In this document: piece after piece, positions 21,509 to 31,150 of the stretch
Position numbering within the stretch: position 1 is the first letter of the stretch
How the letters are laid out: each line of letters opens with the position of its first letter
NCBI GenBank assembly: GCA_965249575.1
Contig: OZ252244.1
Location: 3,200,001-3,264,000, forward strand
Direction: 5' to 3'
Origin: Gemmatimonadales bacterium
Lineage (GTDB): Bacteria > Gemmatimonadota > Gemmatimonadetes > Gemmatimonadales > GWC2-71-9
Length of the DNA: 64,000 bases
Program-made: the position numbers and the translations under genes
Notes under the pieces: generated by a model
What the model saw: the letters and a program-made list of their open reading frames with translations, nothing else
Told to the model about the DNA's origin: nothing
The model's database searches: none

Positions 21509-22296
21509 CGCGGGTCTTGGTCGCCGCGAGCGTCGCGCTGAGTGCCTGTGCGCTCAAGGGCGATGTTCGGAGAGTTGAACGCGAGGTTCAGGAGTTGCGT
21601 GAGCAGACGGCCCGTGCCGATTCGGCACGGGCCGTCGAACTCGTTCGTATTCTCGCGCAGCTAGCGAGCATTCAATCCGTCGTTCTCGATTCCCTATCGT
21701 CCCACCAGCGCCGGTTCGCCTCCTTTCAAGGTGGTGTCGTCGGCGACCTGACCGAAGTACAACGGCAACTGGTACTGATCCAAGAACTCACCGGCCAGAG
21801 CCAGCAGCGTCTCTCCGAGTTTCGGAGGCAGCTCGAACGACGCGCCCAATCCAGGACGCCTCCTGCGACCCCAGTTCCCGCCGATTCGCTGTGGCCAGAC
21901 GATTCGCAGATGATCGAGGGGCCGGGACCCGAGGAGCTCTACGACGTTTCCCTCCAGCAGCTCCGGCGTGGGAGTCCGCAGACCGCGCGCCTGGGGTTCC
22001 AGACCCTCCTCCGGGAGTTCCCGTCGTACGACCGGGTGCCCGACGCGCGGTTCTTCGTCGGGGAGACGTGGGGTATCTCCAATCCAGACTCCGCCGCGGC
22101 CGCGTACGAACAGGTAGTGAGAGAGCACCCCGAATCCCCGCGGGCCCCGACGTCCCTGTACCGACTGGGGCTCCTGGCCGAGCAACTAGGTGATGGTGCC
22201 GCCGCCCGCATCTATTACCAGCGGGTACTGGCGGGCTATCCGAGATCCGACGAGGCGCCACTCGCGCGCAGCAAGCTCCAGGCATTGGGTCGCTGA
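21505..22296 (+). CDS. cpoB: CpoB/YbgF-like TPR lipoprotein
   Basis: Lipobox LSAC, coiled coil, C-terminal TPRs; follows pal. Confidence 0.78.
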   Translation: MTRVLVAASVALSACALKGDVRRVEREVQELREQTARADSARAVELVRILAQLASIQSVVLDSLSSHQRRFASFQGGVVGDLTEVQRQLVLIQELTGQSQQRLSEFRRQLERRAQSRTPPATPVPADSLWPDDSQMIEGPGPEELYDVSLQQLRRGSPQTARLGFQTLLREFPSYDRVPDARFFVGETWGISNPDSAAAAYEQVVREHPESPRAPTSLYRLGLLAEQLGDGAAARIYYQRVLAGYPRSDEAPLARSKLQALGR

Positions 22297-22323
22297 GGGC
22301 TCGCCTCGCCCGCTAACCGTGGA

Positions 22324-25300
22324 ATGGCGAAAACGAAACCCACGGGCGAAATGCCCTTCTTGGATCACCTCGAAGAGCTCCGATGGAGAATCTTGTGGAG
22401 CCTGCTGGCGCTCATCGCGGGCTCGGCCATTGGCTTCTATCTTGTGCGGAATCACGATGTCATCGAGCTGCTGAAGCAACCGATCGTCGACTTCCTCCCT
22501 GACGGCAAGCTCTTCGTCGTCAGACCAACAGACGCCTTCTTTCTCACCCTGAAGCTGGCCATAGCCGTGGGGGCGGTGCTCGCCTCCCCCATCATCGCCT
22601 GGCAGCTGTGGGTCTTTTTGTCGCCTGCGCTGTATGAGAAGGAGAAGCGCTACGTCGTGCCGCTCCTTGCGGGGGGCTTTGTGCTCTTCGTGGGCGGCGC
22701 GGTCATGGCGTATCTCTGGGTCCTGCCGGCCGCGCTCTGGTTTCTCTATGGATTCGGTTTCGGCGATCTCGAGTGGATTATCACCGCCGACCACTACTTT
22801 GGGTTCGCCATTCAAGTCATTCTCGGGTTCGGACTCGCCTTCCAACTGCCGCTGCTGATGATGCTCCTGGCACTGATCGGGCTGGTGACACCCGAGTTCC
22901 TGGGACGGAACCGGCGGTATGCGTTGCTCGTGGTAGCCGTTGGAGCCGCGCTGCTCACCCCGCCCGACGTCGTGTCCATGGCGATGATGATGGCGCCACT
23001 CGTCTTGTTGTACGAGATCGGGATCCTCCTGGCGAAGGGCGTGACGCGCCGGCGGAACCTTCCCTCGACCGGTGCGGTGCTCGTCCTCGTTGGAACCCTC
23101 GTGTTGGACGGAGGTGCCCTTCAGGCCCAACAGCGGGCTGGGGAGGGGCTGGCCCGGGATACCGTCCAAGGAGTGGGCGTGGGAGCCGGTGCGGACAGCC
23201 TGGAACCCCGGAGGAGCGGCGAACCCATCGACTCTGCTGCCGCCGGCCGGCTCGGCCTCCCCACGGGCCCGTCCCGGACGCTGCCCACCGCCGACTCGGT
23301 GATGCGAGGACTCGTCGATCTACCGGGTTTCCGCGCCACGCGGTTCGCCGCCGACAGCCTCACCTTTCATGCCAAGACCCAAAGAATCGATCTTGCCGGA
23401 TCGGCCCTCGTCGAGCGAGAGGGCAGCATGCTCGAAGCGGCCACCGTGAGCTTTCTCCAGGCCGAATGCCGGATCGACGCGGCGGGAGAGCCAAGGCTCT
23501 TCGATGGGGGGACCGTGCTGATCGGTGAAGGCATGCAGTACGACACCTGTGAACGCCGCGGTATCGTGGCGAGAGCACTAACCAAGTTCGATCAGTCTGG
23601 TGTGGAGTGGTTTCTCAGGGGACACTTGGCGATCGACTCGGCCTCGAGCCGTATCTACGCGCGGCGCAGCTCGATCACGAGCAGCGATCTCCCGCTCCCC
23701 GATTACCACTTTGCGGCCGGCCGAATCAAATGGGTGTCCAATACGGTCCTGGTCGCACGCCCCGCGGTCCTCTATGTGCGAGATGTTCCGATTCTGTGGC
23801 TGCCGTTCATTTTCCAAGATATGCGGCGCGGCCGGCGTTCGGGGATGCTCATCCCGCGCTTCGGGATCAACGACCTCGTTCGGCCGAATGCAGGCTATCA
23901 GCGGCACATTTCCAATATCGGCTACTATTTCGCGCTCAACGACTACGTCGACCTCCAGGCGTCGCTGGACTGGTTCTCCGGTGGATACGTGTCGCTTAAC
24001 GGGCAACTGCGCTATCGATGGCTCGATCGCTTCATCTCAGGCGGGGTGTCGTTCTCCAGGATCTACGAGTCGGCGGTCGATGAAGCCCCGGGCAGCCGGT
24101 CTCTACGGCTTCAGCTCAGCCACCAGCAGTCATTCAACTCCCGGACCCGGATCAATGCCAGTATCGACTACGCCACCAGTGCGCGGGTCGTCGAGCGAAA
24201 CACGGTGGATCCCTTTCTGGCGACGGCGAACCTCCGCAGCTCCGCGAACTTCAGCAAACAATTCGATTGGGGGTCCCTCTCGGTCGGCGGGAGTCGAACA
24301 CAGGATCTGACGAACGATTTGGTTACGCGGGCGTTTCCCAACGTCAATTTAACCCCGGTCCCCATCAATCTCTCTGAGGCTGTGACGTGGTCGCCCACCT
24401 TCAGCTTCGCGACGAACAAGACGTCCCACCAAGCAAGCGGCGTCATCGATCTCCCCCCGGTCGGTGGGGTACCGCAGCAGGACTCGCTGTTCTCGAGCAA
24501 CACGAACACGACGATGCGACTGTCAACGCCGCTGCGAGTGGGACGGTGGAATTGGCCGAACGACTTCAACGTCACGCATATGGTGAACGATCGGCGGAGT
24601 ACCCTGACCGTCGAGGACCCGATGGACTCCACACTCTCGTCCGTTCGGTTCTACGGGGAAGACTTCTCGACCGCCGTCGACTGGAACACCTCGATCGGCC
24701 TCCCGTCGCTCTTCTCGTCGACGTGGAAGCTGCAGCCGTCTATCGGCATTCAGAACTCGACGTCCGGACCGTTCATGATCCGAAACCGGAACACGAACGG
24801 GCGTTTTGTCAGCCAGGGCAAGCGGTTGTCGTTCGCCGCGTCGCTCACGCCCACGATTTTCGGGTTCTTCCCCGGTGTCGGGCCACTGTCTCGGATCCGT
24901 CACGCCGTTTCGCCGCAGCTTCGATGGGGGTACGCGCCGTCGGCGACCGTCCCCGAGGACTTCGCGCGGGCCATGGACCCTACGGGGAGGCGGGTGATGT
25001 TGCAAAGCAATCCCGTCCACACGATCGGCGCGAGCATTTCCCAGACTTTCGAGGGAAAGTTCCAGCCTCCGCCGGGAGACACCACGGGTGGGCAGAACGC
25101 CCGGAAGATCAAGCTGTTGAGTGTGCAAACCTCGTCGATCGAGTATGACTTCGAGCAGGCGAAGGACGATGGCCGTTCTGGGTGGCGAACGCAGTCCTTG
25201 TCCAACCAATTCACGAGTGACCTGCTGCCTGGTTTCAGCGTGTCGACAACTCACGATCTGTGGGATGGCCCGGTGGGGTTCGACACGACCCGCTTTTCCC

Positions 25301-25854
25301 CATTCCTGACCCGGGTCTCGGCGCGGTTTCGGCTCTCGGCGTCGACGCTTGCGGGGCTCATCGGTCTCATTACGGGAAAGCCCAGACCCGCCCCGCCCCA
25401 GGCGACCGTCGACACGGTGGCTAGCGAACCGGGGGTCCAGCAGGAAATCCTGCGGCGACCCGGTCCCACTTATCGTGCAGTTGACCAGGTGACGTCCCGC
25501 GGCGGCAGAGGCCAAGGGTTCTCGGCTGCCTTGACCTACGACGATTCCCGCACCCGTCCGCAGGCGGGTGCCACGTCGGTCGGGACAGGGGAGCTGGTCA
25601 ATCGGACCCTCGGCATGGCGATCTCCTTCTCCCCGACCCGGAATTGGTCAGTGTCTTGGGACACGCAATACAACCTGACGACGAAGGAATTCGGACAACA
25701 CGTGGTCCGGTTGGACCGTGATTTGCGGCGCTGGCGCGCTACCTTTTCGTTCATCAAAGCACCGAACGGCAATTTCGCCTTCAACTTCTTCATCAATCTC
25801 ATCGATCAAACAGACATCAAGTTCCAGTACGATCAACGAACGATCAAGCGGTGA
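22324..25854 (+). CDS. tatC: Fusion: TatC (aa ~1-245) + signal-peptide-like linker + LptD-like LPS assembly barrel (aa ~270-1176)
   Basis: TatC motifs EMPFLDHLEELR, FLSPALY..EK, FQLP, LTPPDVVS, LYEIG; LptD-like DYHF...VLYVRDVPILWLPF...RRSGMLIPRFG and beta-rich C-terminus; no stop codon between them. Confidence 0.88.
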   Translation: MAKTKPTGEMPFLDHLEELRWRILWSLLALIAGSAIGFYLVRNHDVIELLKQPIVDFLPDGKLFVVRPTDAFFLTLKLAIAVGAVLASPIIAWQLWVFLSPALYEKEKRYVVPLLAGGFVLFVGGAVMAYLWVLPAALWFLYGFGFGDLEWIITADHYFGFAIQVILGFGLAFQLPLLMMLLALIGLVTPEFLGRNRRYALLVVAVGAALLTPPDVVSMAMMMAPLVLLYEIGILLAKGVTRRRNLPSTGAVLVLVGTLVLDGGALQAQQRAGEGLARDTVQGVGVGAGADSLEPRRSGEPIDSAAAGRLGLPTGPSRTLPTADSVMRGLVDLPGFRATRFAADSLTFHAKTQRIDLAGSALVEREGSMLEAATVSFLQAECRIDAAGEPRLFDGGTVLIGEGMQYDTCERRGIVARALTKFDQSGVEWFLRGHLAIDSASSRIYARRSSITSSDLPLPDYHFAAGRIKWVSNTVLVARPAVLYVRDVPILWLPFIFQDMRRGRRSGMLIPRFGINDLVRPNAGYQRHISNIGYYFALNDYVDLQASLDWFSGGYVSLNGQLRYRWLDRFISGGVSFSRIYESAVDEAPGSRSLRLQLSHQQSFNSRTRINASIDYATSARVVERNTVDPFLATANLRSSANFSKQFDWGSLSVGGSRTQDLTNDLVTRAFPNVNLTPVPINLSEAVTWSPTFSFATNKTSHQASGVIDLPPVGGVPQQDSLFSSNTNTTMRLSTPLRVGRWNWPNDFNVTHMVNDRRSTLTVEDPMDSTLSSVRFYGEDFSTAVDWNTSIGLPSLFSSTWKLQPSIGIQNSTSGPFMIRNRNTNGRFVSQGKRLSFAASLTPTIFGFFPGVGPLSRIRHAVSPQLRWGYAPSATVPEDFARAMDPTGRRVMLQSNPVHTIGASISQTFEGKFQPPPGDTTGGQNARKIKLLSVQTSSIEYDFEQAKDDGRSGWRTQSLSNQFTSDLLPGFSVSTTHDLWDGPVGFDTTRFSPFLTRVSARFRLSASTLAGLIGLITGKPRPAPPQATVDTVASEPGVQQEILRRPGPTYRAVDQVTSRGGRGQGFSAALTYDDSRTRPQAGATSVGTGELVNRTLGMAISFSPTRNWSVSWDTQYNLTTKEFGQHVVRLDRDLRRWRATFSFIKAPNGNFAFNFFINLIDQTDIKFQYDQRTIKR

Positions 25855-25951
25855 CCGCTGTCCCCGGGAATGGACACTTCGCCCTGGCCCGCTCCGACCT
25901 GTATAGCCGTAACAACATATCGTAGAATCGGTTAGCGCGAACCATGGCGGA

Positions 25952-25967
25952 TGGCATAATCCCTGCT
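25952..25967 (+). promoter_or_regulatory. Candidate sigma54 (-24/-12) promoter
   Basis: TGGCATAATCCCTGCT = GG-N10-GC, 35 nt before ATG 26003. Confidence 0.65.
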
Positions 25968-26002
25968 TTTTCTGCCGATTGACTCTAGACTTGAAGCCGA
26001 CC

Positions 26003-27163
26003 ATGGATCGCAAGACTCTCGTTGGGACCGCGTTGATGTTGAGTGTCGTCGCCTGTGACGATGTCCTGGGGCCGAGCATCGACGCACCGACGAACCTCGT
26101 GTACGAAGTGGAAGTTAGTGGTGACCCGACGACGGCGCCCGCCGGTCTCCTGCTGGTGTGGGACGCCATAACCGACCCCGCGCTCGAGGTGTACCGGGTC
26201 TATTCGCGCGCGGATAACCAGAGCGACTTCGATCTTCGGTCATCCACGACGTCAACGACTTTTCACGACGTGGGACAGCCGGATCTCGAGTACTACGTGA
26301 CGGCCGTCGCGGATGACGGCGAGGAGAGCGATCGCAGCAACGTAGTGCTGATCGACGAGCGCCTGCGACTCGAGGCGCCGACGTCGCTGTCGAGCATCAC
26401 GCTGAACGGCGCGATCCATTTGCATTGGTCGGACAACGCGTTCACGACCGGTGGCAACGCCTTCAAGCAATACCGCGTGTACAGCACATCGTACTCGCTG
26501 GATCAGGACCTGTGTGGTGTGACTTGGGTGCGGGAGGGCACGACCGTGTCCCCGGAGTTCTTGGTTGCATCACTAGAGAACGGCATCTCTTGGTGCTACG
26601 CCGTGTCGGCGGAGAGCATTGAGGGCTTTGAGAGCCTGTGGTCGCCCTCGCGGGCCGATACGCCCCGTCCGGACGCGCGGAACCTGCTCATGTATCCATA
26701 TCAGGTCGACCCGACACGCAGTGGGTTCCGCTTCTTCGAGGACGTCAACAACGACGGCCAGGCCGGCGCGCTGGAGCTTGGTGTGATTGCCGACGGCGAT
26801 CGATTGGACATCGATTTCACACTCGATCGGATTACTGGTGATACGATTGTGATGTCGCCGATTCGCGGCGGCACCGGCGTGGTGGATGTCGGGCTGGTGG
26901 ACGACCTGACGGACATCGATTTCGCACCGGCCATGGGATTTGAGACGACCGGCATCACGGCGGAGCCAGGAGTTGGGTACGTATTCGAGATGGACGGTGG
27001 AGACGGATTCGCGCGCTATGGGGCCCTTCGCATGACGCACGTCGGGCGTGAGTTTGTGATCTTCGATTGGAGCTATCAGACGGATCCTGGCAACCCCGAG
27101 CTGAGCATACATGGGGGGCTGCCCACCTCGGCTGGGCGGGGAGTCACCGTCGTGCCGAAGTGA
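26003..27163 (+). CDS. Lipoprotein with fibronectin type III-like domains
   Basis: MDRKTLVGTALMLSVVAC lipobox; two APT.L...W...YRVY...Y.V.A...G.ES units; DVNNDG loop. Confidence 0.75.
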   Translation: MDRKTLVGTALMLSVVACDDVLGPSIDAPTNLVYEVEVSGDPTTAPAGLLLVWDAITDPALEVYRVYSRADNQSDFDLRSSTTSTTFHDVGQPDLEYYVTAVADDGEESDRSNVVLIDERLRLEAPTSLSSITLNGAIHLHWSDNAFTTGGNAFKQYRVYSTSYSLDQDLCGVTWVREGTTVSPEFLVASLENGISWCYAVSAESIEGFESLWSPSRADTPRPDARNLLMYPYQVDPTRSGFRFFEDVNNDGQAGALELGVIADGDRLDIDFTLDRITGDTIVMSPIRGGTGVVDVGLVDDLTDIDFAPAMGFETTGITAEPGVGYVFEMDGGDGFARYGALRMTHVGREFVIFDWSYQTDPGNPELSIHGGLPTSAGRGVTVVPK

Positions 27164-27313
27164 TGGGACCACGCCAGCAGGAGCTCCCGCCCCCGCCTTA
27201 CCCGGATGGGCCGCCCCGGCCCTAGATTGGACACGTGAGAGGTTTGGCCGACCCATCCCTCCTCACTCCGTGCCCGACCTACACCAGCGACACGTCGGAA
27301 TCCTGCACCCGCC

Positions 27314-27342
27314 TTGTCACTCGTGCAGTGGCCCCGTAATTT
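27314..27342 (+). promoter_or_regulatory. Candidate sigma70 promoter
   Basis: TTGTCA-N17-TAATTT upstream of the TPR gene. Confidence 0.5.
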
Positions 27343-27397
27343 GCGTGGTTGAGGCAGTTTGGGTGTGTCAACCACCGTCAGCCCCGCGAGGTGAGCG

Positions 27398-29599
27398 CTG
27401 AACGTCGAGAAACTCAAAGACAAAGCGCGGAAGCTCGAGCAGCGAGATGATCCGTCCAAGGCGATCGAGGTGTACATGCAGATCGTCCGGGAGCTCGAGG
27501 GGACGCCCGAGTTGGACGATGAGCTCCCGCTCTACAACAAAGTCGGTGATCTGTACATCAAAGCCGGCAACGTCACGGCGGCAGTCGAGATGTACGAACG
27601 GGCGGTGAATCGCTATACGGAGTCGGGCTTTCCCAACAACGCGATCGCGCTTTGCAACAAGATTCTCCGAAGCTCACCGGGGCGAACGCAGATCTATCTC
27701 AAGCTCGCGCAGCTGATGGTCCAGCGGGGATTCCTTGCCGAGGCGAAGCAGAACTTCATCGAGTACGCCGAGCGGATGCAGAAGGCCGGCAAGCTCGAGG
27801 AGGCGTTCCGAGCGCTCAAGGAGTTCGCCGACCTCTCGCCGGATAACGAAGAGATCAGGTTAATGCTTGCCGAGCAGCTCAAGGCGGCTGCGCGAACTGA
27901 TGAGGCTCGCGAGCAGCTGGCGAAGCTGTATGCCGAGGTCGAGGCGAAGGGCGACGCCCGACGGTCGCGCGAGACCTTGAGTAAGCTGAGGGCAATCGAT
28001 CCTGAGTACGACGTGGAACGCGCCCCGCGCCCCTCGGTCGGCGCGAGACCAAAGAAGAGTACTGACATCGTGTTCCTCGACCTGGACGAAGGCGTCAAGG
28101 AAACGGAGGAGCCCGAGCCGGCCGGGCAGCCGACCGGATTCGAGTCAACCGTCGTCGGCGAGACCGAAGACGTGGAGGAGGCCGACCTCGTCGTCGAGCG
28201 GGCCTCTGAAGAGACCAGGCCAACGGACCTACCGTCCCAGGCCGTGGAGGGCCTCGATCTGGGGACGGAGTTCGAGGCGCCCACGGAGGTCGGCGGGTCG
28301 CTGGACGTCGAGCCGACGTCTCTGAACGAATCGCTGGAAACCCCGGCAGCGGCGCCCTCGGAGTCGGCGGACGTTGACGATGAGGAGCCGATCGGCGGTG
28401 ACCTTCCGCTTCTCGAGGTGGAGCCGGATGGGGCTGCGGAACCGAGCGAGCCGTCCACCGTTCCGGCGGCCGGAGCTGGCGACGTCGGGACTGAATCGGC
28501 CGAGGAAGATGACGAGCTCAAGTCGTTCGGAGATGATCTGCCGGAGCTCCAGATCGGCGGCGAGGGTGATGAAGTCGACATCCTAGCTGAGTTCGAGGGT
28601 TCGGGAATCGAGGTCCCCGAGCTCGATCTCGATGAGGTCGATGACGCCGGCGAAGAGGTGGAGGTGGCCGAGGAGAAGGAGCCGGCCGCTGCCGCGCCGG
28701 ACGGCGCTGACTCGGGCGCGTTCACGACCCTCGATCTCGGCGAGCTCGACGTCGACGGGGACGACGTCTCCGTGGACGTACCTGCGGCGGTCGGCGGGAC
28801 GGGGCGGACGTCGGTGCAGCAAACGCCAACAGCGGACCCGGTCGCCGAGCTCGAAACGCCGGATCTGGCCACCCTCGAGGCCCTGGTCGCCGATGATCCG
28901 GATGACCCGGATCGCCACAAGGACCTGGCCGAGGCATTGCTCGAAGCGGGCCAGCGCGAACGCGGACTCGAGGAAGTCGACATCGCGCTCGCGGCCTCAG
29001 AGTCCAAGGGGAAGTGGGATCAGGCCGAAAGCTTGGCCGCCGACGAAAAACCGTCTGCTCCGGCGGCGGATTTTGTCGACTTGGGTGCCCTCGTCATGGA
29101 CGAGAGCCGGCCGACCGGAGATACCCGGCTGCGGATCGAAGACGAAGAACCGACCGGCGATGAACAGCGGGACTTCGAGGAGATGCTGGCGCAGTTCAAG
29201 AAGGGCATCGAGGCGAATCTCGCGGATGAAGACGCCGAAGCGCATTACGATCTCGGTGTGGCGTTCAAGGAAATGGGACTCCTCGATGAGGCGATCTCGG
29301 AATTCCAGAAGGCGCTGCGGGGGCCCGATGGGCGGCTGCGGGCATCGGAGGCGCTTGGCATGTGTTTCTTCGAGAAAGGCCAGTTCTCCGTGGCTGCAAC
29401 CGTTCTCAGGAGAGCGATCGAGTCCGATCATGCTGGTGACGACAAGAAGATCGGGTTGCTGTACTGGCTGGGTCGGTGCGAGCAGGAGCAGGGCCGGGGG
29501 GCCGAAGCGCTGACGGCGTATCAGCGGGTATTCGCACTCGACATTCAGTTCCAAGACGTGAGCGAGCGGGTCAAGGGCCTCGCCAAAGTGAACGGATAG
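27398..29599 (+). CDS. TPR protein with long acidic linker (SgmX/FimV-like architecture); probable CTG start
   Basis: N-terminal TPRs (NKVGDLY, NAIALCNKILR), Asp/Glu-rich middle, C-terminal AHYDLGVAFKEMGLLDEAISEFQKA TPRs; frame open from CTG 27398, first canonical start GTG 27470. Confidence 0.8.
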   Translation: MNVEKLKDKARKLEQRDDPSKAIEVYMQIVRELEGTPELDDELPLYNKVGDLYIKAGNVTAAVEMYERAVNRYTESGFPNNAIALCNKILRSSPGRTQIYLKLAQLMVQRGFLAEAKQNFIEYAERMQKAGKLEEAFRALKEFADLSPDNEEIRLMLAEQLKAAARTDEAREQLAKLYAEVEAKGDARRSRETLSKLRAIDPEYDVERAPRPSVGARPKKSTDIVFLDLDEGVKETEEPEPAGQPTGFESTVVGETEDVEEADLVVERASEETRPTDLPSQAVEGLDLGTEFEAPTEVGGSLDVEPTSLNESLETPAAAPSESADVDDEEPIGGDLPLLEVEPDGAAEPSEPSTVPAAGAGDVGTESAEEDDELKSFGDDLPELQIGGEGDEVDILAEFEGSGIEVPELDLDEVDDAGEEVEVAEEKEPAAAAPDGADSGAFTTLDLGELDVDGDDVSVDVPAAVGGTGRTSVQQTPTADPVAELETPDLATLEALVADDPDDPDRHKDLAEALLEAGQRERGLEEVDIALAASESKGKWDQAESLAADEKPSAPAADFVDLGALVMDESRPTGDTRLRIEDEEPTGDEQRDFEEMLAQFKKGIEANLADEDAEAHYDLGVAFKEMGLLDEAISEFQKALRGPDGRLRASEALGMCFFEKGQFSVAATVLRRAIESDHAGDDKKIGLLYWLGRCEQEQGRGAEALTAYQRVFALDIQFQDVSERVKGLAKVNG

Positions 29600-29600
29600 C

Positions 29601-30590
29601 GTGGGGTCGCAGCTGTTACCCGCGAACCTCGCCGCGCTCCAAAAGCCGGTGCGCCAGGAACTCGAAGCGGTGTTTACCGAGCTCAGGCGCATTATCGCCG
29701 CCGACTTTCAGCTGATCGCGAACGTCAACGAGCACTTGCTGTCCATGCGGGGAAAGATGTTTCGCCCCACTCTCGTGCTGCTGGCGGCCAGAGCCACTGG
29801 TGAAATCACGCGACGCGAGATCGCGCTGGGAGCGGTCACCGAGCTGATTCACGTCGCAACGCTGGTTCACGACGATTCGGTGGATCACTCCGTCCTTCGC
29901 CGCGGCCAGCCGACGATCAACGCGATGTTCAGCCACCAAATCGCGGTGATCATGGGGGATTTCCTGTATTCCCGCGCGATCATCGAACTGGTCGACGCTA
30001 ACGACCTCGAGTCGTTGCGAGTGATGAGCCGTGTCACGAATGAGATGACCGTAGGGGAAATGCGGGAACTGCAGGCCTACGACGTCCTGGACTATGCCGA
30101 GGCGGATTACGAGCGGATGATCGAGGCAAAGACCGCGTCCCTCATGTCGGGAGCGTGTGAGGTAGGGTCGCTCATGGCTGGACGACAGGGGCGTGAAGCC
30201 CTCAGGCGGTACGGGCTGGCCCTCGGTATGGCCTTTCAAATCGCGGACGACCTGCTCGATTATACCGAGCCAGAATCCGTCACCGGGAAACCTTCCGGAC
30301 TCGACCTCCGGGAACACAAGATCACCCTGCCGCTGATCGCGGCGTTCCCCAAAATGTCGATGTCCGAGCGTTCAGTCGTTCAAGCGTTGATGCGGGCGCC
30401 GTCACCCACTGACGGAGCGATCAATGAGGTGATCGATATCGTAACAGCTCGCGGTGGGCTCGCGGCGGCGCGGGAGCGGGCCCTCGCCTTTGCCGTCCAA
30501 GCGGAGGCCGAGCTGGATGCGGTGCCCCCGGGGGAGGCCCGGGATTCCCTGCGGGGTTGTGTGACGTACGCGATCGACCGCCGGAGCTGA
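29601..30590 (+). CDS. Long-chain polyprenyl diphosphate synthase (IspB-like)
   Basis: GKMFRP, ELIHVATLVHDDSVD, RRG, FQIADDLLD, GKP.G.DLRE.KITLP. Confidence 0.92.
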   Translation: MGSQLLPANLAALQKPVRQELEAVFTELRRIIAADFQLIANVNEHLLSMRGKMFRPTLVLLAARATGEITRREIALGAVTELIHVATLVHDDSVDHSVLRRGQPTINAMFSHQIAVIMGDFLYSRAIIELVDANDLESLRVMSRVTNEMTVGEMRELQAYDVLDYAEADYERMIEAKTASLMSGACEVGSLMAGRQGREALRRYGLALGMAFQIADDLLDYTEPESVTGKPSGLDLREHKITLPLIAAFPKMSMSERSVVQALMRAPSPTDGAINEVIDIVTARGGLAAARERALAFAVQAEAELDAVPPGEARDSLRGCVTYAIDRRS

Positions 30591-30593
30591 TCG

Positions 30594-30866
30594 ATGGCGA
30601 TCGGGGCCCACCGGCCCGCATTCTACGTCGGAGTGCTGGCCACCGGTTTCGTGCTGGGCGGGTTCCTGTCGGCCCTGCTGCGGCGGTTCTTACCGCCCGG
30701 GCCCGCCAAGGAGTTCTTCACCTGGACCGTCACGCCGACCGTCGGTCCGATATATGTCGATCTCCTCATCCTACGCGTAGAGTTGGGACCTGTTGGGCTG
30801 GAGGTTTCGCTGCTGGCGCTCGTCGGCGTCATCCTGGCCTATCTCCTGGCTCGGTCCCTGTTCTAG
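30594..30866 (+). CDS. Small membrane protein (DUF4321-like)
   Basis: Two hydrophobic segments flanking GPIYVDLLIL; tightly spaced in operon. Confidence 0.6.
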   Translation: MAIGAHRPAFYVGVLATGFVLGGFLSALLRRFLPPGPAKEFFTWTVTPTVGPIYVDLLILRVELGPVGLEVSLLALVGVILAYLLARSLF

Positions 30867-30876
30867 TGGGGGTACC

Positions 30877-31140
30877 ATGCCGTTCAATCTAGGGTTTAGC
30901 GAGCTCCTGGTCATTTTGCTGATCGTGCTGCTCGTCTTCGGCGCCAAGCGGCTGCCGGAGATGGGCGCGGCGATGGGCAAGGGCATCAGGGAATTCAAGC
31001 GGAGTGTCACCGAGGTCAGGGACAGCATCGAAGATGGAGGGGAGGCCAGTCAGTCTTCGCGACAGTTGGATTCGCCGTCCAGGTTGGACTCGCCCGCCAC
31101 CAAGGGTGGCGGCGGCGAGCCCAAGAAGTTGAGTCAGTAG
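30877..31140 (+). CDS. tatA: Twin-arginine translocase TatA/E
   Basis: LGFSELLVILLIVLLVFGAKRLPEMG..MGKGIREFK. Confidence 0.93.
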   Translation: MPFNLGFSELLVILLIVLLVFGAKRLPEMGAAMGKGIREFKRSVTEVRDSIEDGGEASQSSRQLDSPSRLDSPATKGGGGEPKKLSQ

Positions 31141-31150
31141 CCTTCGTCGC

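Noticed and set aside
27694..29007. Long Ser-rich antisense ORF (and similar ones opposite rel, hemA, ftsK, lptD)
   Set aside because: Expected mirror frames of GC-rich coding strands
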